From positions 96,001-160,000 of the forward strand of contig JBHLRP010000003.1 in the NCBI GenBank assembly GCA_048882485.1: a DNA stretch of 64,000 nt, in the 5' to 3' direction. This document shows positions 38,815 to 47,835 of this stretch, one piece after another (within the stretch, counting starts at the first letter, position 1; each line of letters opens with the position of its first letter). Under the pieces are notes generated by a model. That model did no database searches. It saw only the letters and a program-made list of their open reading frames with translations, and was not told the DNA's origin. This DNA is from Candidatus Thorarchaeota archaeon. Lineage in GTDB: Archaea; Asgardarchaeota; Thorarchaeia; Thorarchaeales; Thorarchaeaceae. Position numbers and translations under genes: made by a program.

Positions 38815-39051
38815 ATTGGCTTTCTTAAGAGTATTCTTAGTGGAAGCCTGCTGGCCTTTTTTGTGCGGGAAGAGCGGCTTTTTCTAAAGTTATTAAGAAA
38901 TTCGTGCATATTAGTAAAGGTTCATATACTTTCTAATGTAATTTTCCAACAAACGCTTGAATTCTAGGCTTGTCAAGAGAGACTGCGGCCTGTATTTGAG
39001 ATGGCCTCGCATGAAGCCTAGTGTCCTGGAAAGCGGGAGGAAACAAGTTTA

Positions 39052-39483
39052 ATGATTGACGATGACGAATTTCAGAAGATTTTCCGTAGAATGATAGAGC
39101 AGTTCTTCGGCACCTTTGGGATGCAGCCCGGAGGAAGCGGGATAGACGGATTGTGGGACAGTCCTTCGGAAGAATTGGATGAGGTGCAATTCGATATGCC
39201 TCATGAAGGTGCCAGAGTTGAAAGGATAGACCTTGGAGACACAGTCATCCTTGTTATGGACAACTGTGCTATGGAAGAGGGTCTCCAAGTGACAGTCAAG
39301 GGGAGAGTCGCTACACTTTCCTACAGCCCTGATAACCTATTCCAGACATTTGAAACTCCCTTTGCCATTGATGCCAATCGTTCCTATGTTTCGTGCCGCA
39401 ATGGGGTTGCTGAGATACGTCTGGAGAAGGATGAGAATAATAAAGAATCTGATGAAATAGAGAGATTGCTGAGATTTGAATAG
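39052..39483 (+). CDS. Hsp20/alpha-crystallin-like small heat-shock protein
   Basis: Phe-rich N-terminus, CRNGVAEIRLEK, C-terminal LRFE (IxI-like). Directly upstream of cdc48. Confidence 0.72.
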   Translation: MIDDDEFQKIFRRMIEQFFGTFGMQPGGSGIDGLWDSPSEELDEVQFDMPHEGARVERIDLGDTVILVMDNCAMEEGLQVTVKGRVATLSYSPDNLFQTFETPFAIDANRSYVSCRNGVAEIRLEKDENNKESDEIERLLRFE

Positions 39484-39496
39484 AGGGTGTGTTTGA

Positions 39497-41725
39497 ATGG
39501 CAGAAAGTTCAGATAATTCGACTAGATTGAAGGTCGCGGCAGCAATGCCGAAGGATCAAGGTCGTGGGATAGTACGGTTGAACACTGAAGTACGTGACCT
39601 TCTCCAAGTCCGGGCAGGAGATTACGTTTTGCTTAAGGGGACCAAGGAGACCGTTGCAGTATGTTGGCCAAGCCTCAAGGAGGATGAAGTGCTTGATATG
39701 GTCCGAATGGATGGTTTCATTCGTGCAAATGCAGGAGTGAAGCTTGGGGAAATGGTAGAAGTTGGGACAACAAATGTTCCTGACGCAACTAGGGTTGTTC
39801 TAGCGCCAAGTCAGCCCGTAAGATTCCAGCCGGGCTTTGAGGACTACATAAAGCAACAAATAATGAACCGGCCTATGACAAGAGGAGATATCATCCTAAT
39901 AGCATCGATAGGACAAGGTCTTCAGTTCACCGCGACGTCTGTGGGTCCAAGCAAGCATGTTAGAGTTACTGCATCAACTAAGCTGGAGGTTCTCACTCGA
40001 CCTGCAAAACCTGAGGAGATTTCAATCCCGCAGGTCACCTACGAAGACATAGGTGGTCTGAGCAAGGAGATACAGAAGATCCGAGAAATGGTTGAGCTCC
40101 CAATAAAATCCCCCGAGCTCTTCAGACGTCTCGGAATATCCCCACCAAAAGGTGTTTTGCTCCATGGGCCACCTGGAACAGGTAAGACGCTTATTGCGAA
40201 GGCAGTGGCTAATGAATCAGGTGCGAATTTCAAGACAATTAATGGACCAGAGATAATGTCCAAATTCTATGGAGAATCTGAACAGAAATTGAGAGAAGCC
40301 TTTGAGGAAGCTGAGAAGAACGCCCCTAGCATTATCTTCATTGACGAACTCGACAGTATTGCACCAAAGAGGGCTGAAGTTACGGGAGAAGTTGAGAGAA
40401 GGGTCGTTGCCCAACTACTTGCGCTGATGGATGGACTAGCGGGCAGAGGACAAGTGATAGTAATTGGAGCAACAAACCGGGTAGATGATGTTGATGAGGC
40501 TCTCCGAAGACCGGGTCGGTTTGACCGCGAGATTGAGATTGGCGTGCCTGATCGACAGGGCCGTCTTGAGATACTTCAGATTCATACCAGATCCATGCCT
40601 CTCGAGGAAGATCTTAATCTTCAAAGGTTGGCTTCTGTCACTCATGGATTCGTTGGTGCGGACCTGGCGGCTCTAGCTAGAGAAGCCGCGATGGAAGCAC
40701 TCCGCAGAGCGCTGCCTCATGTAGATCCTGAAACTGGAGATATTCCTCCAGATGTGCTTCGTGATCTCTTTGTGACACAGAATGATTTCGATATTGCACT
40801 CTCCGGTATCTCACCTTCTGCTCTGAGGGAGGTGCTTGTGGAAAAACCCAATGTACAATGGGAAGATATTGGCGGACTGGAAAATGCGAAAAAGGCGCTA
40901 TTGGAGTCCGTAGAAGGTCCTCTCAAGTATCCGGATGTTTTCACAGAAATGAAGATTAGGACCCCCAAAGGGATTCTTCTCTATGGCCCGCCAGGCACTG
41001 GAAAGACTCTACTCGCTAAGGCAGTCGCCACTACGAGTGAGGCTAACTTCATCTCAATAAAGGGACCTGAGATATTTAACAAATATGTGGGAGAATCAGA
41101 AAAAGCTGTGAGAGAGATATTCAAGAAAGCTAGACAGGTTGCTCCATGTGTAATCTTCTTTGATGAGATAGATGCGCTGCTCAGTCAGCGTGGGCGGCAA
41201 GATGAAACTGGAGTGACACAGAGGATTGTGAACCAGTTCCTAGCTGAGGTTGATGGGCTTCAGACTCTGCAGAATGTGCTTGTCATCGGCGCTACGAATC
41301 GCCCAGATATTATGGATCCAGCAATGCTTCGTCCTGGTCGATTCGATATCCTGTTGCATGTCGAAGCACCTGACAAGGGTGCGAGATTGGAAATACTCAA
41401 GGTGCACACAGTTGCAAGGGGCATTCCGGGTTCGGAGAACCTCGATTTGGAGAAACTTGCAGAAAAGACAGCCAACTTCTCTGGAGCTGACATTGAAGGC
41501 CTAGTAAGAGTCGCAGTGATGATTGCTGTCACTGAGGGTTCAACACCAACAAATATCCAGATGAAGGCCAGGAAAATTGAAATGAAGCATTTCGAAGAAG
41601 CTCTGAAGACAGTGCGGCCAACTTTGACACCAAAAGTGTTGGAATACTATGACAAGATTTCTGCGGCTCTAGAAGGCCGCCAAATTGAGCCAGATAGACC
41701 GACGCGGTCTGACCTATATGTATAA
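39497..41725 (+). CDS. cdc48: CDC48/VCP/VAT AAA+ ATPase
   Basis: N-domain plus two AAA modules (GPPGTGKT x2, IIFIDE/IFFDE, RPGRFD). C-terminus DLYV. Confidence 0.98.
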   Translation: MAESSDNSTRLKVAAAMPKDQGRGIVRLNTEVRDLLQVRAGDYVLLKGTKETVAVCWPSLKEDEVLDMVRMDGFIRANAGVKLGEMVEVGTTNVPDATRVVLAPSQPVRFQPGFEDYIKQQIMNRPMTRGDIILIASIGQGLQFTATSVGPSKHVRVTASTKLEVLTRPAKPEEISIPQVTYEDIGGLSKEIQKIREMVELPIKSPELFRRLGISPPKGVLLHGPPGTGKTLIAKAVANESGANFKTINGPEIMSKFYGESEQKLREAFEEAEKNAPSIIFIDELDSIAPKRAEVTGEVERRVVAQLLALMDGLAGRGQVIVIGATNRVDDVDEALRRPGRFDREIEIGVPDRQGRLEILQIHTRSMPLEEDLNLQRLASVTHGFVGADLAALAREAAMEALRRALPHVDPETGDIPPDVLRDLFVTQNDFDIALSGISPSALREVLVEKPNVQWEDIGGLENAKKALLESVEGPLKYPDVFTEMKIRTPKGILLYGPPGTGKTLLAKAVATTSEANFISIKGPEIFNKYVGESEKAVREIFKKARQVAPCVIFFDEIDALLSQRGRQDETGVTQRIVNQFLAEVDGLQTLQNVLVIGATNRPDIMDPAMLRPGRFDILLHVEAPDKGARLEILKVHTVARGIPGSENLDLEKLAEKTANFSGADIEGLVRVAVMIAVTEGSTPTNIQMKARKIEMKHFEEALKTVRPTLTPKVLEYYDKISAALEGRQIEPDRPTRSDLYV

Positions 41726-41828
41726 TCCATCAAATCGGAGGGTCATCCACCCTGACTCTCTCCCATTTCCTTAGGGTCGCAACACTTTTGGCATCCATAT
41801 TACACAACACATTGTTGAGTGACTTACA

Positions 41829-44321
41829 ATGGGGCAACGTTGGATAGTAAATCTATGCCCATTTCTGCATTTTGACAACTCAAGAGTGCAGACGTATGAA
41901 CATAACGTCAGCATTGTTTCTTGGAATGTCAAAAGCATTCTGGACTATCTTGAAGTGAATCCAAGTCACAAATTCTGTGTGGACCAAGTGACACTTCTTG
42001 AGGGGTTCAAGCGACTATTTCCCAACTACTGGGACTCCCTTCATCAAAGGGTTTTGGAGGGGAGGATTGAGATTGTGGGTGGCATGTATGTGATGCCTGA
42101 CCTCATCATCCCTGATGGAGAATCCATAGTTCGCCAATTTATGTTTGGCACTCGCTTCGTCAGAGAGGAACTAGGAGTTGAAGTGAAGACGGGGTGGGCA
42201 ATAGATTCCTCGGGGCACTGCTCTCAAATGCCCCAAATTCTACGGCAATGTGGGATTGATTCGTATGTGTTTTGGAGGGGGATGCCATATGATTCGCCGA
42301 CTGAGTTTGTGTGGAAAGGACCTGATGGCAGTCGGGTGAATGCTGTGTGGCTTTCAAATGGTTATGACAGCTCCGCATGGCTATCAGAGAATCTTAGAGA
42401 AGCTTACAGTAATCTACTCAAAGTTGCAGAATTGGCTGGAGCAAAGGCGTCCTCCCAGAATGTGCTTGTGCCTGTTGGCGGCGAGCTTGTGCCTCCGCTA
42501 CCACATTTAGCTGACATTGTTTCCCACTGGAATGAATCTTTTCCAGACATGCGAATGTCGATTGTAACTCCAAGGGAGTTCACTGAGAAAATCAAAGCAG
42601 TACAAGCCTCTCTACCCATGATGTCTGGAGAATTGGCATCTGGCCGTTTCTCATCTGCGAGATCTGGAGGTTTGAGTGCCAGAGTGAAGCTGAAGCAGAT
42701 GAATCGCCAGCTAGAATCTATGCTTTATCTCACCGAGCTGCATCTATCATATACCGGTGATTTGAGCAATACAAGGGTGTTGGAGAACCTCTGGCTAATA
42801 CTTCTTTTCAATCAAGATCACAATATCATTAGAGGCACCATTGCCGATGAGCCCTATCAATTCGCTGAGCGGAGATTCAAGCAAGCGCTAGACCAGGCTG
42901 GCGAGATTCTTGAAGATGCCATAAGTGGTGTTGCATCTCAAATCTCGGTTGATCCCTCCAAGGCATCATTTGTAATATTCAATCCTCTTCCTTGGCGCCG
43001 GAGTGATTTGACTCGACTTTCCATAGATCTATCTAAGATCCACACGCCCTTCTTTCGAATTCATGATTCAAATGGAAACAGTGTTCCGTATCAGGTAGTT
43101 GGGGACATCGCCGAGGGAAGCCCCGCAGATGTCCTTATTCTTGCATCAGATATGCCAAGTCTTGGATATAGAGTCTACACTATTGAGCCCTCAGAGAAGC
43201 CTCTCGAATTTGAGTCTTCTTTACGCACAGGGAACAATTGGATAGAGTCGGATGATTTCATCGTCGAATTTGATGATTTCAGTGGTGCGATGACAAGAGT
43301 GTTTGACAAACGCAATCAGTTTGAAGCTCTGCGCGGCCCCGGCAATTATCTAACAATGGAAAGTGATGTTGGAGACCTCTACAGATACGCAAGATCCACG
43401 CTTTCAGATGAGGAATCTGATCTCACAACATTGCGGCACTCAGGCAAACTTTCAGTCGTTGAGTCAGGTCCGCTTCGAGCCACAGTAATAGTTGAGGGAG
43501 ATTTCAAGGATTCTAAGAGAGTCCAAAGGGTTGTCTTGTACGAGGATCTCCATAGAATCGACCTTGAAACAGAACTGAATTTCAATGGCCATGGCAAGCG
43601 TGTCAGAGTCAACTTCCCTCTTACAGTACTTGCAGACAATGTGGTAGTCGGCTCTCAATTTGGTGCAGAGTCTAAGACCGCCACTCCGAATGATCCTCAG
43701 GAATGGGCTGATGCCAACCAGGGGCTCTTTTCTGGCCTTGATTGGGTGGATTGCTCTGGACCAGAGTTTGGCATAGGGTTATCAGCATTTGGCCTTCATG
43801 AGTTTCACTTCCGAGATGGAATGCTCAGTGTAACTCTCCTGCGAAGTGTGGAACAGCTATCACATGGGCGACATGATGATGTTCTTCAGTCAAAGACTGC
43901 AAATGAGAAAGGCGAACATTCATTTCGGATGTCTATTATTCCACACAAGGGAACCTGGAAACAGGCTTCAGTGTGGAAAACAGCTGCTGAGCACAGATTA
44001 CCGCTAATTGGCTATCCGCTAGAAACTTCCGGCGGAACGCTGCCTCTTGAGAATTCATTTCTGAAAATTGAGGGAATGGAACTTGGTCTCTCCTGTTTCA
44101 AGATTGGTACTTCTGAACATGAGTTCATTATTCGACTCTATGAAATGGCGGGCGAAAAAGGAAGCGCAACTCTTGAATTTCCCTTTGGAGTATCCAGGGT
44201 CAGCCTGGTAGATCTCCGTGAGAATGTCATTGGAGACCTGCCAACATCTGGTTCAACTGCAACAATTCCAGTTGATGCTCACTCGATAATCACTCTCAGA
44301 GTTACCAAAGCATCTCGCTAG
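41829..44321 (+). CDS. GH38 alpha-mannosidase-like protein (divergent active site)
   Basis: HFD, GRIEIVGGMYVMPD...GESIVRQ, WAIDSSGH, FVWKGPDGS, FNPLPWRR, TLLRS, IRLYE. Confidence 0.88.
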   Translation: MGQRWIVNLCPFLHFDNSRVQTYEHNVSIVSWNVKSILDYLEVNPSHKFCVDQVTLLEGFKRLFPNYWDSLHQRVLEGRIEIVGGMYVMPDLIIPDGESIVRQFMFGTRFVREELGVEVKTGWAIDSSGHCSQMPQILRQCGIDSYVFWRGMPYDSPTEFVWKGPDGSRVNAVWLSNGYDSSAWLSENLREAYSNLLKVAELAGAKASSQNVLVPVGGELVPPLPHLADIVSHWNESFPDMRMSIVTPREFTEKIKAVQASLPMMSGELASGRFSSARSGGLSARVKLKQMNRQLESMLYLTELHLSYTGDLSNTRVLENLWLILLFNQDHNIIRGTIADEPYQFAERRFKQALDQAGEILEDAISGVASQISVDPSKASFVIFNPLPWRRSDLTRLSIDLSKIHTPFFRIHDSNGNSVPYQVVGDIAEGSPADVLILASDMPSLGYRVYTIEPSEKPLEFESSLRTGNNWIESDDFIVEFDDFSGAMTRVFDKRNQFEALRGPGNYLTMESDVGDLYRYARSTLSDEESDLTTLRHSGKLSVVESGPLRATVIVEGDFKDSKRVQRVVLYEDLHRIDLETELNFNGHGKRVRVNFPLTVLADNVVVGSQFGAESKTATPNDPQEWADANQGLFSGLDWVDCSGPEFGIGLSAFGLHEFHFRDGMLSVTLLRSVEQLSHGRHDDVLQSKTANEKGEHSFRMSIIPHKGTWKQASVWKTAAEHRLPLIGYPLETSGGTLPLENSFLKIEGMELGLSCFKIGTSEHEFIIRLYEMAGEKGSATLEFPFGVSRVSLVDLRENVIGDLPTSGSTATIPVDAHSIITLRVTKASR

Positions 44322-44391
44322 ACTATCACATACATTCAAGATGTGCCAAGAAATTGAAAAGCACAACATTTTTAGTGAATTGGCCGAATGC

Positions 44392-44652
44392 CTACTCTTC
44401 TAGCAGCCTGTTGATTTCTTCTACTTTTCTCTCCAGCGCTGACAATCTCTCTCCCACGTTCTCCATCTTTGCCCTCATCTCCGCTCCCATTTCTCCCCCC
44501 GGATCTTGTTTCATTATGCTTCCAGTGAGGACAAGGGCCAAAATGATGAGAATGATGGAAAATCCAGCGTAATCCCTGAAATAGCCAAGGATACCACTGA
44601 TGATCGCGGTTCCTATCCAGATGCCAACTATCGCTGTTCCTCTAGAATCCAT
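44392..44652 (-). CDS. Small 2-TM membrane protein with C-terminal coiled coil
   Basis: Two hydrophobic segments then RLSALERKVEEI. Overlaps the ArsR gene end. Confidence 0.75.
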   Translation of the reverse strand: MDSRGTAIVGIWIGTAIISGILGYFRDYAGFSIILIILALVLTGSIMKQDPGGEMGAEMRAKMENVGERLSALERKVEEINRLLEE

Positions 44653-44950
44653 TCATATCTTTCCTCTTTTTCAATTCAATAGGCGATATTTCGATGTGGA
44701 AATCCTTCAGCCTGTAGTATCTGAGGGCTCTTGCCTCGTCTTCTAGAAGTACTATCCTTGTTTCGACTAGGCCTGCTTTGTAGAGTTTGTTCAGGTGTAC
44801 CTTGGCGAGTGCTCTGCTTATGCCGACCTCCTTAGCTAACTCGCTGAGATATTTCTCGCCATCAACTAGGGAGGTGAGTATCTTGAGTCGATACTCATGT
44901 CCCAACGCTTTTAGCTTCTCTATGAGGTCTGCGTATTCCACATTCTTCAC
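44642..44950 (-). CDS. ArsR/SmtB family wHTH regulator
   Basis: LKALGHEYRLKIL, LSELAKEVGISRAL...HLNKL...GLV...RYY. Confidence 0.92.
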   Translation of the reverse strand: MKNVEYADLIEKLKALGHEYRLKILTSLVDGEKYLSELAKEVGISRALAKVHLNKLYKAGLVETRIVLLEDEARALRYYRLKDFHIEISPIELKKRKDMNGF

Positions 44951-44960
44951 CTATGATTAC

Positions 44961-44980
44961 ATGTAATAAAATTATTACAT
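44961..44980. promoter_or_regulatory. Palindromic operator (likely ArsR autoregulation)
   Basis: ATGTAATAA-AA-TTATTACAT, a perfect 9-bp inverted repeat between a TATA-like CTTATAT (minus strand) and the GTG start at 44950. Confidence 0.75.
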
Positions 44981-45184
44981 ATAAGTATTTCTGACCTATC
45001 TACGAATCCTTTCTTCAAAGCAACAGCAGCCCTCCAAATTGGTCACCATCTTCAGAATCTAAATCTTGATAAAAAATGGAGCAGAGGAATCGCTTCGGAT
45101 TTTGAAAATCTCGATACAATCAAGATAGCCTTTTGAAGCCATGAAAACAGGGTCATAGGACAAAGACATTAGTGAGGTCTGACA

Positions 45185-46051
45185 TTGAGCGATTTCTATC
45201 CTATCTCGCCATTGGTTGGCATCACCAATACAAGCTATGCGGCACAAGCAGGAGTCATGGATGAGAAGTGGGCATGCCGTGTGGTCAGAGGCAAGAAGAT
45301 TCTAGTCGAGAAGACTATTCATGACTTAGATTTGGAATCCTATGTGGGAGTAATCTATGGCCACATAAGACTTGAAGGCCTCAGCAGACATGCGGTGGCT
45401 CAATGCGCCGGCCGACTAATGCAGTTTTCGAGGAAATATCAGACTGCAGGTGTGTGTCCCAACTATGAGATTCCTGACCTTGTATATGATAATGGCAGTT
45501 CCCCCACAGCTCCTTCTGAGGGGGAATCTGAGATTAAAGCCGAGCCTTCTACAAGTATTGATGATATCTCTCTCACTGGCGTAGGTGCCATACCCAAGCT
45601 GGAGTCCCTGAACAGTACCGATCTCTGGAAACACGCAATCCAATCTTACGGCGTGATGTTGTCAGAATTGGCAACATATGGCGGAAATCTTCCCTCGGGC
45701 CATCTTGAGGTCATGTTTGAGAATGTAGCAAACGAATTGGTTAGAATGTGGAGCGCAACTGGTGATGGAATTGACGTTCTTTCTGGTTTTGGAAATATGA
45801 TCCTCAGTTGCTCGAAAGAAGCTCAGCTCCCTGCAGCTCCAGTACACCAAATGAAGATAGAAACAGGACGTTGCGAACTTTTGGCAATGGCAAGACAGAT
45901 TGATCCTGATGGGAGGAAACTTCCGGCGGGCTATCCATGCGCATTCCATGAAAAGGTTGCAGAGAAAGTTGGCAAACTTATCGGAGCCAAAATAGAAATC
46001 AATACCTCTTCAACGGGATGCATTGTTCAAATCGCTCTAGACCTCGGCTAG
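45185..46051 (+). CDS. Hypothetical protein (C-terminal V4R/ligand-binding-like Cys/His motif)
   Basis: Long ORF, likely start MDEKW. C-terminal RCEL...YPCAFH...GC. Confidence 0.65.
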   Translation: MSDFYPISPLVGITNTSYAAQAGVMDEKWACRVVRGKKILVEKTIHDLDLESYVGVIYGHIRLEGLSRHAVAQCAGRLMQFSRKYQTAGVCPNYEIPDLVYDNGSSPTAPSEGESEIKAEPSTSIDDISLTGVGAIPKLESLNSTDLWKHAIQSYGVMLSELATYGGNLPSGHLEVMFENVANELVRMWSATGDGIDVLSGFGNMILSCSKEAQLPAAPVHQMKIETGRCELLAMARQIDPDGRKLPAGYPCAFHEKVAEKVGKLIGAKIEINTSSTGCIVQIALDLG

Positions 46052-46142
46052 AATATCGCCGACAATCTTAAAACGCTCCTAACTTCTGAAGTAGAATTAG
46101 ACGAGACCGCGTGGTAAGAGTCTCGATTAGGAGCTAAATCAA

Positions 46143-46424
46143 TTGGCTTATCTTACATGGCGTTCATATGTCCGTTCAGGGCCGGTATGCCTTGGAGCAC
46201 TCCTGGTTATAGCAGGAGCAATTATAGCACTACTACCATCCATTGATGCACAATATGCCTTCTTTGGTGAAATGACGGTGCTCATTGGTGCAGGTGTTGC
46301 TGTGCTAGGGCTTATCTTCATCTTGGTCGGATTCTTCTTCACTAAGAAGAAGCGCGATTCTGTTTTGAGACCTGTGGACACAAAAGTCGACGACACACCA
46401 CCTCCACCACCACCGATGGACTGA
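46143..46424 (+). CDS. Small 2-TM protein with C-terminal polyproline
   Basis: Two TM helices, KKKR, TPPPPPPMD. Confidence 0.7.
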   Translation: MAYLTWRSYVRSGPVCLGALLVIAGAIIALLPSIDAQYAFFGEMTVLIGAGVAVLGLIFILVGFFFTKKKRDSVLRPVDTKVDDTPPPPPPMD

Positions 46425-46452
46425 ATCGCATTCAATTAATCTCTCAATCATC

Positions 46453-46502
46453 TGGGACTGTGGACCTTACTCTGGTCCATAGCCCCATTTTGTCTCTTTT
46501 TC
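46453..46502 (+). terminator. Hairpin + U-rich tract after 46143..46424
   Basis: ctgtggacc-ttactct-ggtccatag stem followed by ttttgtctcttttt. Confidence 0.55.
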
Positions 46503-46526
46503 CAATCTCTCAATTTTCTGCATACC

Positions 46527-47426
46527 TCCATCCCGCAAATCCTAATACAGGCAATTTCTATGAGAATTGCTACAAGCACTACAGAGCTTGGAAAGAGGTT
46601 TCCCCTTGAGTAAGCAAACTATGTCAACGCAAGGGACTCATTTCGTAGATAAACTCTATAACTCTTTGAACGAAAGTACTCACAGAGGGAGAATATGTCT
46701 GACGAACACTCTGATAGGGTAATTGTTTCTCAGGACAATCTTGCTCGGTGCAAGTGGTGTGGAACTCCTGAGAGTCCAATTTGGACAATTAGCCAGAGTG
46801 AGAATCTCTACTGCACTCCTGAGTGCATGCTTGCAGATGAAGCATCGATAAAACGACTCGGAGGGATTATCTTTATGGTCTTGGGAGTCCTTTCGACAAT
46901 TCCCTACATCGCTACTCCTTTTTTATTTCCTGGATCTGTAGGTGCAGACAATCTCCTCATAGTTACTGGTATGGCTTTCTTGGTGATTGGTATAGCACAA
47001 TATGCTGAAAGCAGAAAGGGCCAAAAATACATGGATCGTAAGGATAGATACCGTGGAGTGTCTCCCATAATTTGCTCATACTGCTCGCACCAAAATTCAC
47101 CACATTTCACAGCATGTCAGAATTGCGGGGCTCCATTGACTGAAGCCTCTTTTGCAGAAGAGTCACTACCTCCTTGGTTACACACTACAAGCGGTGTCGT
47201 CAGGTGTCCCTATTGTGCTGCATTCCAATCATATCGCCAAGTTCAAGGTACGCAGGAACGCTTGGTCTTTTGTCAGAATTGCAGTAGGCTTTTCCGACCA
47301 TCGAGACAAGCACATGTTGTACGATGATGCAGATTCAACTAAGTCACTTCTACTGAGTGGTTGGTTTTGCCTTTTCTAGGAAGCAAATCCTAAGAAGCAG
47401 CGAATTCCATCCCGCAAATCCTAATA
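46527..47426 (+). repeat. 21-bp direct repeat TCCATCCCGCAAATCCTAATA at 46527-46547 and 47406-47426
   Basis: Exact match read from the sequence. Partial third copy GCAAATCCTAA at 47383-47393. Confidence 0.85.
46695..47327 (+). CDS. Zinc-ribbon membrane protein
   Basis: CKWC..CTPEC, 2 TM helices, CSYC..CQNC, CPYC..CQNC. Confidence 0.82.
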   Translation: MSDEHSDRVIVSQDNLARCKWCGTPESPIWTISQSENLYCTPECMLADEASIKRLGGIIFMVLGVLSTIPYIATPFLFPGSVGADNLLIVTGMAFLVIGIAQYAESRKGQKYMDRKDRYRGVSPIICSYCSHQNSPHFTACQNCGAPLTEASFAEESLPPWLHTTSGVVRCPYCAAFQSYRQVQGTQERLVFCQNCSRLFRPSRQAHVVR

Positions 47427-47473
47427 TGCAACCTGAGCCAGTTTGAGTTTAGAATTGACAAAGGTAGGGAACT

Positions 47474-47764
47474 ATGACATTCCTAGAATACAGAAACAGC
47501 CAGTTTCATGAGTGTTCAGGCACGCCATCTTCGGAGATTACATTGAAGGTTGATGATGCCCAAAAGAAATTGATACTCACCGTTCCTGGTGGGGTCGGAA
47601 TGATCGAAAAACGTTCAGCAGAACGTGGCGCGCGATCAATTCAGAAGTCCGGCTTTCAGACTGCGAGGAAAGGCCGCATTGGGTCTGGCTACGAGCTTAT
47701 CATTGAGGGTCATGGTGGCTCTCTGCCTGATAAGCTGAAGCACTCTCCAAGAGAAGTATACTAG
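47474..47764 (+). CDS. Small protein, possible degenerate gelsolin/cofilin-like domain
   Basis: LKVDDAQKKLIL..GVGMIEKRSAERGARSI aligns by eye with VVDDETKSIYL..AGIRRKFIGARVATNL of 51373..52290. Confidence 0.5.
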   Translation: MTFLEYRNSQFHECSGTPSSEITLKVDDAQKKLILTVPGGVGMIEKRSAERGARSIQKSGFQTARKGRIGSGYELIIEGHGGSLPDKLKHSPREVY

Positions 47765-47835
47765 AACATGATTAATAGCTGTGACCTACTTAACAAAGAA
47801 GCGATGGTCCAGAGGGAGCTGGAGGTCGAGGAACC

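Noticed and set aside
38815-39051. Heat-shock operator upstream of hsp20-cdc48
   Set aside because: Only short AT-rich TTCT/AGAA inverted matches, not distinguishable from chance.
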